From contig JBEKTZ010000008.1 in the NCBI GenBank assembly GCA_049515535.1, positions 1 through 64,000 on the forward strand: DNA of 64,000 nt, in the 5' to 3' direction. Shown here piece by piece: positions 50,816-62,069 of this stretch (position 1 is its first letter; every line of letters starts with the position of its first letter). The position numbers were made by a program, and so were the translations under genes. This DNA is from Candidatus Aminicenantales bacterium. Its GTDB lineage: Bacteria; Acidobacteriota; Aminicenantia; Aminicenantales; UBA4085. A model generated the notes under the pieces. That model did not search any database. It was not told the origin of the DNA and worked only from the letters and a program-made list of their open reading frames with translations.

Positions 50816-51946
50816 ATGCGACATCGTGACCTGCCTCAGGTGCTGAAAATCCTGATCTACGGGCAGGTTCCTCCGCCGCATCACGGGTCCAACATCATGA
50901 CCGAATTTTTCATCCGCGCTTTGAAGAAGCTCGGTTACGACGTACGCCTTTCTCCGAAGAATTTCTCCCGGACCATCGGCGAAGTGAACAAGACGTCCGC
51001 GACAAAACCGGGGAGGGTCCTCTCCGCGTTCGGGCGGTATCTCAAAAATTTCCTGAATTTCAAGCCCGACCTTGTCGTCTTCTTCACCTCGTCCCGGAAA
51101 ATCGGCCTTCTCGTGGACGCCCCCTTTGTCCTGGCGGCGCGAATCGCCGGAATTCCATATGTTCATTACATCCATACGCAGGGCCCCTTTCGCATTTACG
51201 CTCGAGGAGGCCCCGGCCGCGTCCTGATCAAGAGCCTCATCGACAAGGCGTCCGCCTGTCTGGTCCTGGGAGAAATATTCAAAGAGCAAATCCGCGTCTT
51301 TTACGGAGGTCCCATCCACGTCCTTCCCAACTGCCTCGAGGGTTCTTGGAATCCCGCGGCGAGGACGGAGGATCCGGACCGGCCGGTCAACGTCATCTTC
51401 CTATCCAACATCCATAGGGCAAAGGGAATCTTGACGCTCATCAAGGCGATTCCCCTGGTCGTCGCCGAACATCCCCGGGCACGATTCATCATCGCCGGGC
51501 CCTGGCAGGACCAAGATCTCCGCGATGAAGTCATGGCCTCCGTGAAAGAACTGGGCCTGGAGCAAAACGTCCAATTTCCCGGCCCCGTCTATGGCCAAGC
51601 CAAAACCGAGCTGCTCAGCCGAGGCGACATTTTTGTCCTGCCGAGCGATTATGAGGCTTTCGCCATCGTCAACCTCGAAGCCATGCGGGCCGGGCTGCCG
51701 GTCATCACCACGGCGGTCGGGGCCATGCCGGACGTGATCCTCGACGGCCGGTCGGGATTTCTCATCTCTCCCAAACGCCCGGATCTTCTCGCGGAAAAAT
51801 TGAATCTCCTCGTCGGGAATGCGTCTTTGCGCAAGGCCATGGGAGCGGAAGGCCGCCGCCAATTCGAGAAACTTTTCTCTTTTTCTTCCTATACCCTCAG
51901 GCTGGGGGAGATCATGTCCGAAATTATCGACAAGGGAACGCCATGA
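50816..51946 (+). CDS. GT4 glycosyltransferase
   Basis: LPSDYEAFAIVNLEAM motif. Confidence 0.9.
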   Translation: MRHRDLPQVLKILIYGQVPPPHHGSNIMTEFFIRALKKLGYDVRLSPKNFSRTIGEVNKTSATKPGRVLSAFGRYLKNFLNFKPDLVVFFTSSRKIGLLVDAPFVLAARIAGIPYVHYIHTQGPFRIYARGGPGRVLIKSLIDKASACLVLGEIFKEQIRVFYGGPIHVLPNCLEGSWNPAARTEDPDRPVNVIFLSNIHRAKGILTLIKAIPLVVAEHPRARFIIAGPWQDQDLRDEVMASVKELGLEQNVQFPGPVYGQAKTELLSRGDIFVLPSDYEAFAIVNLEAMRAGLPVITTAVGAMPDVILDGRSGFLISPKRPDLLAEKLNLLVGNASLRKAMGAEGRRQFEKLFSFSSYTLRLGEIMSEIIDKGTP

Positions 51947-53196
51947 AAAGACTCAATGTCCTGGTATCCGCTTACGCGTGCAACCCGATTCCCACGGAGG
52001 ATGCCTATCCGGGCGAAGCGATCCTGGGCTGGAACCTGATCAAGCAGCTCAGCCGGTTCTATGACCTCACCGTGCTCACCCGGACCTACAACCGCAAGAA
52101 CCTGGAGAACGAAATAAAAACGGGAGGCATCTCCAACACGCGCTTCGTCTATTTGACCCTGCCTCCATCCTGGGAGCGCCTCAAAAAATCGTTTTTGGGA
52201 TTCAGCCTTTACTATCTCCTCTGGCAGATCAAAGCCTATTCAATCGCCCGCCGGCTGCGGAAAGACCGGGACTTCGACGTTTTCCATCACATCACGTTCA
52301 ACAACGACTGGATGCCGAGCTTCATCGGCGCCTACATCAAGATGCCTTTCATTTGGGGCCCGATGGGCGGCGGCCAGCAAATCCCGCGCTGTTTGAAAAC
52401 GGAGCTGCGCCGCAAAACCCGCTTGAACGAGCGGATGCGGCTCTGGGGCCAGTGGTTCTTTCGCCACTCGTACTTCCGGCTCCGGGGCATGAAAAGAGCC
52501 AAGGCCGTTCTCGTTTGCAATCGGGATACGCAGAGGATCATTCCGGCCCGTCCGGAGCGCGTCCACTTTTTTCCGGTGAACGGCATCTCCATGGAAGAAT
52601 TTCCGCGGCTCATCCCGATGGAGAAGCGAAACGGCGGCGCGTTCCGCATGATCTATGCGGGACGCCTCGACCCGATCAAGGGCCTGGGCTTGGGAATCAA
52701 GGCCTTCGAGCTTTTTCTCAAAAAACGTCCGGACGCCACTTGGGAGATCGTCGGCCAAGGGCCCGAGTTCAAACGCCTGGAGCGGCTCATTGCCGATAAA
52801 AAGCTCCAGGGCAAGGTCTTCATCACACCCTGGCTGGACCGGCGGAACCTGATGAAAAAAATTTCCGAGTCCGACGTCCTCTTTTTCCCGAGTTTCCGGG
52901 ACGGAGGAGGCGCCGTCATCGTCGAGGCCATGGCCCTCGGCAAGCCCGTGATCGGTCTCGATATCGGCGGCCCGGGCTATCACATTCGCCCCGCATGGGG
53001 AATCAAGGTCCAGGCGCGGAACCATGACCAGGTCATCGAGGATTTGGCCGACGCCTTGAAGACTCTGAGCCGCGACGAAGCGTCGCGCGAACGGCTGGGA
53101 AAAGCCGGCCGGAAGCGGGCGCTGGAATTTTATCTCTGGGACAAGCTGGGAGATCAGCTTCACGACATTTATCAAGGAGTCCTGCCGCCGACATGA
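51943..53196 (+). CDS. GT4 glycosyltransferase
   Basis: SAYACNP and FPSFRDGGGAVIVEAM motifs. Confidence 0.9.
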   Translation: MKRLNVLVSAYACNPIPTEDAYPGEAILGWNLIKQLSRFYDLTVLTRTYNRKNLENEIKTGGISNTRFVYLTLPPSWERLKKSFLGFSLYYLLWQIKAYSIARRLRKDRDFDVFHHITFNNDWMPSFIGAYIKMPFIWGPMGGGQQIPRCLKTELRRKTRLNERMRLWGQWFFRHSYFRLRGMKRAKAVLVCNRDTQRIIPARPERVHFFPVNGISMEEFPRLIPMEKRNGGAFRMIYAGRLDPIKGLGLGIKAFELFLKKRPDATWEIVGQGPEFKRLERLIADKKLQGKVFITPWLDRRNLMKKISESDVLFFPSFRDGGGAVIVEAMALGKPVIGLDIGGPGYHIRPAWGIKVQARNHDQVIEDLADALKTLSRDEASRERLGKAGRKRALEFYLWDKLGDQLHDIYQGVLPPT

Positions 53197-53203
53197 GACG
53201 CCC

Positions 53204-54679
53204 ATGAGGATGTTCAAAACGAACGGGACCGCCGAGCCCCTCGAGCCGACTCTCACCGGGAAGGTCGTCCGGGGAGGAGTCTGGGTCTTCGGTATCCGCT
53301 TCGTGAACCAACTGTTTTATTTCGCCCGCCTTGTGATTTTAGCGCGCCTTCTCGCCCCCCGGGACTTCGGGTTGTTCGGGATCGCCATGTTCGTCCTCGG
53401 CATCCTCGACACCGTATCTCAGCCCGGTCTCCAACAGGCCATCATCCAGAAAAAGGACAACTCCAAAGATTACCTGGACGCGGCCTGGACGGTGATAGTC
53501 ATCCGCGGGATCGCTCTGTCCGCTCTGATGTGGTTTCTGGCGCCGTCCGCCGCCCGGTTTTTCAACGTCCCGGAAGCCAGAAACATCATCCAGATCATGA
53601 GCCTTTCCATTTTCATCCAGGCGTTCACGAATATCTCCATCGTCTCCATTCAAAAGGAGATGCAATTCCATAAGCAATTCATCTATCAGGTCGCGATCTC
53701 CACCGTGGATTTCACGGTCGCCGTCGTCGCGGCTTTCCTTCTACGAAACCCATGGGCCCTGGTCCTGGGCGTTCTCGCCGGACAGACGGTGGGACTCATC
53801 GTCAGCTACGCGATCCTTCCCTACCGGCCGCGTTTCCATTTGGATTTCCGGAAAGTCCTGGAACTGACGAAATTCGGGCGATGGGTCTTCGCCGCCAACA
53901 TCCTGATTTTCGCCATGGGCAACGGCGACGACGCGTTCGTCGGCAAGGTCCTGGGCGCGGTCATGCTCGGCTTTTACCAAATGGCCTACAGGATTTCAAA
54001 CACGCCCTGGTCCGAAATCACCCGCATCGTCTCCCAGGTCACCTTTCCCGCATTTTCGAAAATACAGGAAAATGTCGAAAAGCTCAAAGAATCCTACATG
54101 AACGTGCTGCACCTATCGACATTCTTCGCCTTTCCGGTCGCCGGCCTTCTCCTGGCCCTGGCCCCCGAGTTCACCCGGCTGGTCTTGGGGGCCAAGTGGA
54201 TGCCGATCGTTCCGGCCCTCCGGATCCTCTGCGTATTCGGCTTATTCAGCTCCATAAACTCTTCATTCAGCCCGGTTTTCTACGCTATCGGGCGGCCTTC
54301 GATCATGACGAAAAATATCCTGATTTCGCTCGTCACGCAAGCCGTACTGATTTATCCCCTGACCAAAGCCCTTAAGCTTCCCGGAACCGCCCTCACCGTT
54401 GTGCTGGCCAATCTCGTTTGTCTCATCGTCATGCTCCGGCACGTCGAAAAATCTCTCGGCCTCCGGACCCTCGACATCCTCCGCAAGATCGGCCCGCACG
54501 CCGGCATGACCGTCGTCATCACGGGACTGGTCTTTTTGACGAAAGCCCTGTTGGGCGGACATCTCGGCCTGCCCCTCACCTTCCTGGCCTCCCTGTTCAT
54601 CGGTCTCGGGGTCTATCTTTTTTACGGCCGGAGCCTCATCCCGTCGTTCCGGCCCTATTGGAAGGCGATTTGGCGATGA
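53204..54679 (+). CDS. WzxC-like PST-family flippase
   Basis: LARLLAPRDFG and LGFYQMAY motifs; many TMs. Confidence 0.9.
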   Translation: MRMFKTNGTAEPLEPTLTGKVVRGGVWVFGIRFVNQLFYFARLVILARLLAPRDFGLFGIAMFVLGILDTVSQPGLQQAIIQKKDNSKDYLDAAWTVIVIRGIALSALMWFLAPSAARFFNVPEARNIIQIMSLSIFIQAFTNISIVSIQKEMQFHKQFIYQVAISTVDFTVAVVAAFLLRNPWALVLGVLAGQTVGLIVSYAILPYRPRFHLDFRKVLELTKFGRWVFAANILIFAMGNGDDAFVGKVLGAVMLGFYQMAYRISNTPWSEITRIVSQVTFPAFSKIQENVEKLKESYMNVLHLSTFFAFPVAGLLLALAPEFTRLVLGAKWMPIVPALRILCVFGLFSSINSSFSPVFYAIGRPSIMTKNILISLVTQAVLIYPLTKALKLPGTALTVVLANLVCLIVMLRHVEKSLGLRTLDILRKIGPHAGMTVVITGLVFLTKALLGGHLGLPLTFLASLFIGLGVYLFYGRSLIPSFRPYWKAIWR

Positions 54680-54743
54680 TGACCCAGAACGACTCAACCC
54701 GAAAATTAAAAGGGCAGAGCTTTTTAGAAAAGGGCCAAGCGGT

Positions 54744-55973
54744 TCACTTCGACGCGCTCGAGGCCGAAGCGAAATTCATAATCTCCGACAGCAGCTCGTC
54801 GTACTGGGACCGCGTTTCGCGTTCCAGCTCTTGAAATCTCAGGACGCCGGCCCTCGACAGCTCGCGCCGCCGGGCCTCGCTCCCGCTGAGATAAAGGATT
54901 TTATTGGCGATGTCGGCCCGGTTGTAGGCGTTCATGTATTCGGCCGCGCCGGCGCAGATTTCGGGAATGGAGGAAATGGCCGAGACGAGGACCGGAGTCC
55001 CGAACGACATGGCCTCGATCGGCGGGATCCCGAACCCCTCGTTCAACGACGGATAAATGAAAAGCTCGGCGTTTTTGTAGAGCGACATCTTTTCATCGGC
55101 GCCGATATATCCTCGGATATCCAGGAATTCCCAAAGTCCGGGAAACGATTTCCGCACCCGCTTCGCGAGCGCCGGATCGATGCTCGTGATGACGTATTTA
55201 TGGCCCGGGAAGAATTTTCGGAACATATCGAAATGAGCGAGGGCGTCCAGGACCCGCCATAAGTTCTTGTACCAGCGCCCTGCTCCGACGGTCAAAAAAT
55301 AGGGCCGGGGCGGGACGATTTGATTCCGGGGCTCGAACGATCGAACGATCGGGAAAATGACTTTGGCCCGGCGCGCTTCATCTCCGAAATACAACTTGAA
55401 AGAAGACATGGAAAACTGGGAAACCAGGACCACCGTGACGTCCGCCGACTGGAAGCTCCGGAGGATTTTTCGATATTGACGCGTGTATTTCGCGATCGTG
55501 AATTCCTTGAGAGCGTAGTGCTTCAGGAACCACCGGACGATCCTCTTGCCCCGGGCGCCGCAATAAACGTATTCGTAGCGATCGGAAACCAGTTCCAAGA
55601 AGCGGAACCCGTGGAGGACGGCCACGACTTTCGCCTTTCGAATCTCCAAATCATCGCCGATGAAGATCCAGTCCGGCAGGGGAAAAATGAACAGATTTCG
55701 AGGGGCGTCGTAGTCCCGGATCACATCCCGGTATTCCGACGTCCGTTCGAGGAAGAGGGTCTTCGGGCAACTCGCGGTGACCTCCCCCAGCAGATCTTCA
55801 TCGATCCACTTGTTGCGCAGCACGACCGGCACAAGGTCATACCGGTCCTGAATCCCCCGCCCCAATAAAAACCTCAGCATTTCCTTCCCGTATTCTCCGC
55901 CGCCGTGGATTTTGATGTTCCCCTCCGGCTGCGTCTGGGTCAGGTCGTAGATGAGGATCGGCTTGTCCATCAT
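54744..55973 (-). CDS. GT4 glycosyltransferase
   Basis: HGGGEY and YPSLNEGFGIPPIEAM; ATG 55973 overlaps the upstream TGA. Confidence 0.9.
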   Translation of the reverse strand: MMDKPILIYDLTQTQPEGNIKIHGGGEYGKEMLRFLLGRGIQDRYDLVPVVLRNKWIDEDLLGEVTASCPKTLFLERTSEYRDVIRDYDAPRNLFIFPLPDWIFIGDDLEIRKAKVVAVLHGFRFLELVSDRYEYVYCGARGKRIVRWFLKHYALKEFTIAKYTRQYRKILRSFQSADVTVVLVSQFSMSSFKLYFGDEARRAKVIFPIVRSFEPRNQIVPPRPYFLTVGAGRWYKNLWRVLDALAHFDMFRKFFPGHKYVITSIDPALAKRVRKSFPGLWEFLDIRGYIGADEKMSLYKNAELFIYPSLNEGFGIPPIEAMSFGTPVLVSAISSIPEICAGAAEYMNAYNRADIANKILYLSGSEARRRELSRAGVLRFQELERETRSQYDELLSEIMNFASASSASK

Positions 55974-56743
55974 GTTCTCAACACAACGATGAGGTTCGGC
56001 GTCTGATACCAGTTGTCCAGACTCTTTCCCAACAGGACGCGGTCGAGAGCGGGCAGGAGACCGAAGTAAAGAGCGTGTCTCGGAATTTTCAACCATCCTT
56101 GACAAATCGACCGGTCGTTCAAAAAAACGATCCGGTCCTCCTCCCACCCGCACCTCCTCAAGATCTGGGCGAAACTCCGGACGGTGTAGAACCCCTCATG
56201 GGTGGCATCGTCATAGAGCCAGTGGTTATGATAAAGCGTGCCCGCATGCGGCATGACCATGAAGCCGAGGGAACCTTTTTTCATTTTTGTTCTCAGGCCG
56301 CTCAAAAGCTCTTCGAGATAGGGCCGGGGTAAATGTTCGACAACGTGCAAGAACGTGTAGACGTCGGGCGGCTCGGCGTTGTTCTTGATGAACGATAAGG
56401 CATCCGTCCTCTCGACAATAAACCGGTTCTTGCGGTGCTCGTCGGCGAACGCCCATGAGCTCGCGTCCGGCTCAACCCCCCGGAGTCTCCGATATCCCCG
56501 CTCGTAAAGAAAATGCAGAAAATTCCCGGTCGAACATCCGATATCGCAGACCGCGATCTCATCGGTCCGCCGGTCGCGCACTCCGGCGATTTTCTCGATC
56601 ACGGAAATATACGTCTTGAAGCCCGCCTCGGTTCCCGAGACGAATCGATAATGCGTCCGGAGATAATCAGGATTCTCGTTCTTCATGTTCTTCGTTATAG
56701 GCAATCGGGAGGATCGGTTCGATTCCATGAAAATATTTTCCAT
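55970..56743 (-). CDS. class I SAM methyltransferase
   Basis: DIGCSTG and HVVEHL motifs; start uncertain. Confidence 0.85.
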   Translation of the reverse strand: MENIFMESNRSSRLPITKNMKNENPDYLRTHYRFVSGTEAGFKTYISVIEKIAGVRDRRTDEIAVCDIGCSTGNFLHFLYERGYRRLRGVEPDASSWAFADEHRKNRFIVERTDALSFIKNNAEPPDVYTFLHVVEHLPRPYLEELLSGLRTKMKKGSLGFMVMPHAGTLYHNHWLYDDATHEGFYTVRSFAQILRRCGWEEDRIVFLNDRSICQGWLKIPRHALYFGLLPALDRVLLGKSLDNWYQTPNLIVVLRT

Positions 56744-56940
56744 ATTATTTCAGACGCGGGATGATGTCAATGGACCGGACCGGACCGGAGAGGCGCCGGC
56801 CGGCCTCCAAAAGGACTATTGACAGAGGTTCGTCAAGCGCGATATTTTAAGCGCGGGAGAAGATCGGCCATGACAGAAGAACTCCTGAGGGCGCCCTTCC
56901 GCCGTCGCGGCGATAACGGCCCGGGCGCCGGAGGGCAAGG

Positions 56941-58089
56941 ATGAGGACCGCCGTTCTTTCGTTTTATGAGGCCTATCCTCCCGTCTGCGGAGCGGCTGCC
57001 GTCGCGTACAACGTGGCCAAGCAACTGCCGGGCGAGAAGCTCCTCATCCAGCTCGTCGAGGCCAAACGAGACGAAGTCGCCCACGAGGATTTCGAAATCG
57101 TTGACCTTCCCATGCGCTCGTCGCGTCATCTCGTCAAAGCGCTCCATCTGGCCGTTCAGTTTCCGCGCATCGCCAAGCTTTTAAAGTCGTTCGCTCCGGA
57201 TTGGCTGATCCTCGAGGGCTCGTCTTGGACGGTTTATTATCTCGCGTTCTTTGACTTCCTCAAGATCCGGCGCGCTCCTTATAAAATCCTCTACCATGCC
57301 CATAACGTCGAATACCTTTTGAGGGCCGGGAAAAACGGCCGGGTCGTGGCCGCTCTGACGAAATGGGCTGAGGGGCTCCTGGCCAACAGAGCCGACCTCG
57401 TGACCGCCGTGTCGGAAGTCGATGCCGGACATTTCAAGCGGCTTTACGGGATCGACCCGCTGATCTTTCCCAACGGCGTCGATGTCGGCCAGTTTCAAGA
57501 CGTTTCGCCCGAAAGCGTCCAGGCCGTCAAGACGAAATACGGCCTCTCCGGAAAAATCGCCCTGTTCATGGGCTTGACGAATTTTCGTCCTAACGCCGAA
57601 GCTCTCGCCTTTCTCCTGAAGGATGTTTTCCCGGGCCTCGTCGGCGTCTGTCCCGATGCGAAACTGGCCGTTCTCGGCGGCCGCCTGGAGCGCCGGGCGG
57701 ACTGGCTGATCAATCCCGGGGTGATCCCCTTTCAGGAAATTCCCGCGTTCATCAAAGCCTGCGACGTCTGCCTGGCGCCCATCTTTTCCGGCTCGGGAAC
57801 GCGCCTGAAAATCCTGGAATACATGGCCGCCGGCCGGCCCGTCATCGCGACGCCGAAAGGAGCGGAGGGACTCAGCGTCCGGGACGGAGAAAATATCGTC
57901 ATGGCCGAAGACGCCCCCGGCTTCATAAACAAGATCCTGGAATTATTTGCCGCCCCGGAGACGGCCGCGGCCATCGGGCGCCGGGGCCGCGACGTCGTTC
58001 AAGAAGAGTACGCCTGGCCGATTCTCGTCAAACGCTTTTTACCGCATCTGGAAAAAGCCGTCGCCGAAGGCGGCGGCCAGCGCGGCTAG
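56941..58089 (+). CDS. GT4 glycosyltransferase
   Basis: HNVE, PNGVD and GSGTRLKILEYMAAG motifs. Confidence 0.9.
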   Translation: MRTAVLSFYEAYPPVCGAAAVAYNVAKQLPGEKLLIQLVEAKRDEVAHEDFEIVDLPMRSSRHLVKALHLAVQFPRIAKLLKSFAPDWLILEGSSWTVYYLAFFDFLKIRRAPYKILYHAHNVEYLLRAGKNGRVVAALTKWAEGLLANRADLVTAVSEVDAGHFKRLYGIDPLIFPNGVDVGQFQDVSPESVQAVKTKYGLSGKIALFMGLTNFRPNAEALAFLLKDVFPGLVGVCPDAKLAVLGGRLERRADWLINPGVIPFQEIPAFIKACDVCLAPIFSGSGTRLKILEYMAAGRPVIATPKGAEGLSVRDGENIVMAEDAPGFINKILELFAAPETAAAIGRRGRDVVQEEYAWPILVKRFLPHLEKAVAEGGGQRG

Positions 58090-58107
58090 GTCCGGCGTAT
58101 CGCCGTG

Positions 58108-58187
58108 GATTATTCGTTTTCCCGGCCGGCTTTGGTGATATTGGCCCATGTGTCGCGGAGCGTCACCGTCCGGTTGAAGACGGGCTT
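58108..58187 (-). repeat. duplicate of the glnS 3' end
   Basis: 78/80 identical to 63461-63540. Confidence 0.95.
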
Positions 58188-58305
58188 TAAACCGCCTAAT
58201 TTCAACTCTGGGGTATCCGGCCCGCCGACAACCCCCAATTAGAAGATCCCATCCTTAGAACGGCGTTGTGGACACTTTTAGGGTATCGGGCCCTGATATC
58301 TAGGC

Positions 58306-59340
58306 CTAATTGAAAATATCCGCTTTTCCCATTCTTCCCAAGACTCCATCCCAGGTCCCTCGAATGATAATCTTAATCCGCCCCCATTTGTGATCATCGT
58401 ACAAAAAAATCTGGAGAATGAGATGCAGCGTTCTTATTAACGCATAGGGAATGAAAAAAAACGGCCGATTTTTTTTCTCGAAATAAATCCCGTTTCGAGC
58501 ACAATAGTATCCGGGGATGGGGAAGCCTTCCCAAATGATCCTTATCACTGTTTTTCCCAAGATCCATTTTTCGATTCGGCGCGATCCTGCCGAACTCCCC
58601 CATTTATGAAATACGATGCTCCGAAAGTTATAGAAAAGCTTCCAGCCGTTTCGCCTTGCCCTAAAGCTCAAATCCAGATCTTCAAAATAGCAAAAATATT
58701 TCTCATCGATGGGGCCGATGTCCCGCAAACAACCGGCTTTGACAAGAATGCTCGCCCCTTCGACGGATTTCGATTCCAGACATCGGTCCAGAAAGTGAGA
58801 TCCTTTCACGGGGAGTGGCCGATCACTAATAATATTCACATTGTAAGAGGCAACTATTCCCGTTCGACGATCGCGTTCGGCGCAAGATACCAGTTCTTGG
58901 AGCGAATCCGGCGTAACAATCGTATCGTTGTTTAAGAGCCATACATAGTCATAGCCCGCCAGGAGAGCGCCCTCGATTGCGATATTGTTTCCTCCCGCAT
59001 ACCCATGATTCTCCTTGAGGCCCAGGAACAAATATTTGGGCAAGGCATCATTGGCCATCGCGCTCCATCGCGAGGCCATCTCGCGGATCGGCAGGTCCTT
59101 CTCGTTCAATACCATAGCCTGGGCGCCCTCGTGTCGGATCCAATCCTCTATGCGCTGCCATGAGTCGTTCCGTGACCCATTATCTACGATCAAGATGGAT
59201 TGCTGTTCGTATTCAAGGTTTTTTAGTGAAGTCAAGCACTCAACCGTGTCCCACCAGTTGTTCCAGTTGAGCACAATGATCGCCACCGCGGACGCCCTGT
59301 TTTCCATATGCCCATCCATCTTAATCTTTGTCACCTTCAT
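58306..59340 (-). CDS. GT2 glycosyltransferase
   Basis: VLNWNN, VDNGS, LLNND and YFEDLD motifs. Confidence 0.9.
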   Translation of the reverse strand: MKVTKIKMDGHMENRASAVAIIVLNWNNWWDTVECLTSLKNLEYEQQSILIVDNGSRNDSWQRIEDWIRHEGAQAMVLNEKDLPIREMASRWSAMANDALPKYLFLGLKENHGYAGGNNIAIEGALLAGYDYVWLLNNDTIVTPDSLQELVSCAERDRRTGIVASYNVNIISDRPLPVKGSHFLDRCLESKSVEGASILVKAGCLRDIGPIDEKYFCYFEDLDLSFRARRNGWKLFYNFRSIVFHKWGSSAGSRRIEKWILGKTVIRIIWEGFPIPGYYCARNGIYFEKKNRPFFFIPYALIRTLHLILQIFLYDDHKWGRIKIIIRGTWDGVLGRMGKADIFN

Positions 59341-59578
59341 TTATAAATCAAAAGCTTAGTGAGTGGCCAATTCTATTCCAGGTCCTTAGTTCTCAAAGGC
59401 AAAATACTTGATTTCATTTAAAATTGCAAACGGGGCGGATGCATTGCGGCATTCAGCGGAAATAGAGCCATCGAGGTTCTATATGCATAAAGCCAAGCCC
59501 TATTGTAGACTTGAATAGAAAGAAAAGGATTGCGATAATACATTAAAAATATATATATTGGTACGAACGCACATAATT

Positions 59579-60256
59579 ATGGATACAATGCAGTGGCTTT
59601 TTTATAAAGTCTATTCCAGAATTGTCCCCAACTACTACTTTCTTTTAAGAAAAGAAGTAAAAAGCTGCCGGACGATGATTGATCTCGGATGCGGAAACGC
59701 TTCACCCCTCAAATACATTAAATCAAAAAATCAGTATACAGTCGGCGTGGACCGATTTGATCCCTACCTCAAAAAAAGCAAAGAACAATTCATACATGAC
59801 AAATACATAAAATCAGACATATTAAAACTCAAGTTGCCAGCAAAATCATTCGAGTGCGCGATGGCTCTGGATGTCATAGAGCATTTTGAAAAGCAAGAAG
59901 GTTGGAAACTGATAAATGCCATGGAACGTTTGGCCCAAAAAAAAATAGTTCTAGTTACGCCTAACGGCTTTGTCCCTCAAGAGATAATAGACAGCAATCT
60001 CTACCAACAACATAAGTCGGGGTATAATTATGCAGAAATGAAAAAAATGGGCTTTCGTGTTTATGGCGTGAATGGGCACAAGGCATTGAGAAAAGAAGAA
60101 GCCAATTATAGGTATTCGCCGCGCTGGATTTGGTTTATTATCTCAGAAATAACTCAGCTCTATACTTGCTTCTTCCCCAAAAAAGCTTTCCAGATTTTAT
60201 GCGTAAAAAAAACGGGGAGCAAATCACCTAATATTTTCACCAAAAGAGATTTTTAG
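59579..60256 (+). CDS. class I SAM methyltransferase
   Basis: DLGCG, LDVIEH and TPNGF motifs; start uncertain. Confidence 0.85.
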   Translation: MDTMQWLFYKVYSRIVPNYYFLLRKEVKSCRTMIDLGCGNASPLKYIKSKNQYTVGVDRFDPYLKKSKEQFIHDKYIKSDILKLKLPAKSFECAMALDVIEHFEKQEGWKLINAMERLAQKKIVLVTPNGFVPQEIIDSNLYQQHKSGYNYAEMKKMGFRVYGVNGHKALRKEEANYRYSPRWIWFIISEITQLYTCFFPKKAFQILCVKKTGSKSPNIFTKRDF

Positions 60257-60494
60257 GCTGCTTCCCGTTGCTGAGGATAACGCCGCACTGAAGGATTGAG
60301 TATCGCGTTCCAAATCCAATATCCTCAATTTAGGAAAGAAACCGATGCCGGGATCCTGTCCGGAATTCGTTTTTCCCGGCAGCCCCAGTCTGACTATACA
60401 TCGAGCGATATAACCGAGAGAGGCTGCATCAATCCTTGAAGGAATATGATACGCCTTTTGAGTCTTAGCGGCAGATGAAAATGGCCGTGGCCGG

Positions 60495-60931
60495 TATGTC
60501 GTTTCCTGGGAGCTTTCCACGACACTGGACACCGGATTCTGTTTGGAGGCGCTGCGTAAAGCACTCCGGATCTCGAAGCCGGAGATTTTCAACACGGACC
60601 AGGGGCCGCAGTTCACGAGCGTGGATTTCACGGATTTTTCCGACTATTTCGAGTTTTATAACAACGAGCGACCGCACGAGACGCTGGGTTACCGGACACC
60701 GCACGAAGTCTATTTTGGGACGAAGGCACGACTGGCGCCGTCGTCTGAGGCTGTGGTTTGACATGGACCGGGATGAGATCGTCGTTCCTAGGGCAAATGG
60801 CGAGGCCGTTTTTTCGGGGTTCAAGTTAAAATGGCTTTCAGCCTTCAAAATGGATAAAATGGTCAAAAGAGGCAGGCTCTCAATCCACCTTCAGAATGCC
60901 TCTCAACTGTCCAAAGAATGGGGAGAGGGTC
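60495..60931 (+). mobile_element. IS3-family transposase remnant with internal deletion and right end
   Basis: KPEIFNTDQGPQFTS joined almost directly to YNNERPHETLGYRTP; ends ...TGTCCAAAGAATGGGGAGAGGGTCA. Confidence 0.8.
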
Positions 60932-60941
60932 AACTGAATGA

Positions 60942-61805
60942 ATGTTTGAGGACGCGATTTTGTTAAACAACATGGCCAAAGACCAAAGGGAGTTCTGCTG
61001 CCGTGTTTGCGGTCAGCCACTTGCCGCGCAAGCTTGGGGTGGTGGTGAGTGCAGCGCTTGTGGTTCTGTGTCCGCAACGCTATTGCCTTCAGAGGCGGAA
61101 ATCGAAGCGCACTACCGCGCCGACAACCCTGTATATATTGGAGGTAGCTGCAACCTCGAAAGGTATGCCCGGCAGTATTTACGCTTATGCCGGAAACACG
61201 CGACGAACGGCAGGTTACTGGATGTCGGAAGTGCCACCAGCCCGTTCCCCAACTTCGCAGTTGCGGCTGGATTTTCTGTCTCGGTGATGGATTACATAAG
61301 GCCAGAAGGACTTGTCTCTGAGGTCAGTTTTCATCGAGGCACGCTCAATGTGGAAGACACCGTTAGACCGCTCTTCGGCTCGTATGACGTGGTGACCGCG
61401 TGGGCAGTCATTGAGCATGTTCCTGATCCTGCGACTGCAGCTAAAATCATAGCAAGTTGTTGCCGTAAGGGAGGAGTTATCCTCCTATCCACACCAGAGA
61501 TCGGAACGTGGTTGACCAATCATTCCTTGGGCGCCTCAAACTGGTTTGATCCTCCTGGGCACCTTCACTTGATCTCGCCGCGAGGAATTTTGCGTCTGTT
61601 CGGCGAACAGCGTTGTCAACTCTTGGAATGGGGCAGGTTGGAGCTTAATGCGGCTCGCTTCGTTATACGATACGGCATTGGGTTTTGCGAGACGTTGCTT
61701 GGGTTGCCGATAAAAACTTGTGCAAACCGCACGTGGCACCGGCTGCGTGATAATCGAAGGCAATTATTTAGAGGCATAACATATTACGCTTTTAGACGAG
61801 TTTGA
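60942..61805 (+). CDS. class I SAM methyltransferase with N-terminal CxxC pairs
   Basis: CRVC..CSAC, LLDVG, WAVIEHVPDP and PPGHL motifs. Confidence 0.85.
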   Translation: MFEDAILLNNMAKDQREFCCRVCGQPLAAQAWGGGECSACGSVSATLLPSEAEIEAHYRADNPVYIGGSCNLERYARQYLRLCRKHATNGRLLDVGSATSPFPNFAVAAGFSVSVMDYIRPEGLVSEVSFHRGTLNVEDTVRPLFGSYDVVTAWAVIEHVPDPATAAKIIASCCRKGGVILLSTPEIGTWLTNHSLGASNWFDPPGHLHLISPRGILRLFGEQRCQLLEWGRLELNAARFVIRYGIGFCETLLGLPIKTCANRTWHRLRDNRRQLFRGITYYAFRRV

Positions 61806-61835
61806 CAATCCAACTCCCCAGCGCGAACTAATGAC

Positions 61836-62069
61836 ATGGACGAGAACAACATAATGCGTAGTGCATTCGTGACCTTTTATGAAGCATACCCCCCGATCTC
61901 AGGCGCCGCGACTGTTTCCTTTAGCACCGCCCTGTATACGCACGGAGAACGACTTTTAGTCCAGGTTTTCAGCCGCGATGACGAGGTAATTGTTGGTGAG
62001 GGCTTGCGCGTCCGGTCGCTAAACTGCGGTGCTCACAACCTACTGGTGGCGACTTCTTCTTTATGGTAA
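61836..62069 (+). pseudogene. truncated GT4 N-terminus
   Basis: MRSAFVTFYEAYPPISGAATV resembles MRTAVLSFYEAYPPVCGAAAV of 56941..58089. Confidence 0.7.

Noticed and set aside
41800..58100. Numerous long antisense and alternate-frame ORFs
   Set aside because: Expected shadows of GC-rich genes with clear family motifs on the other frame or strand.
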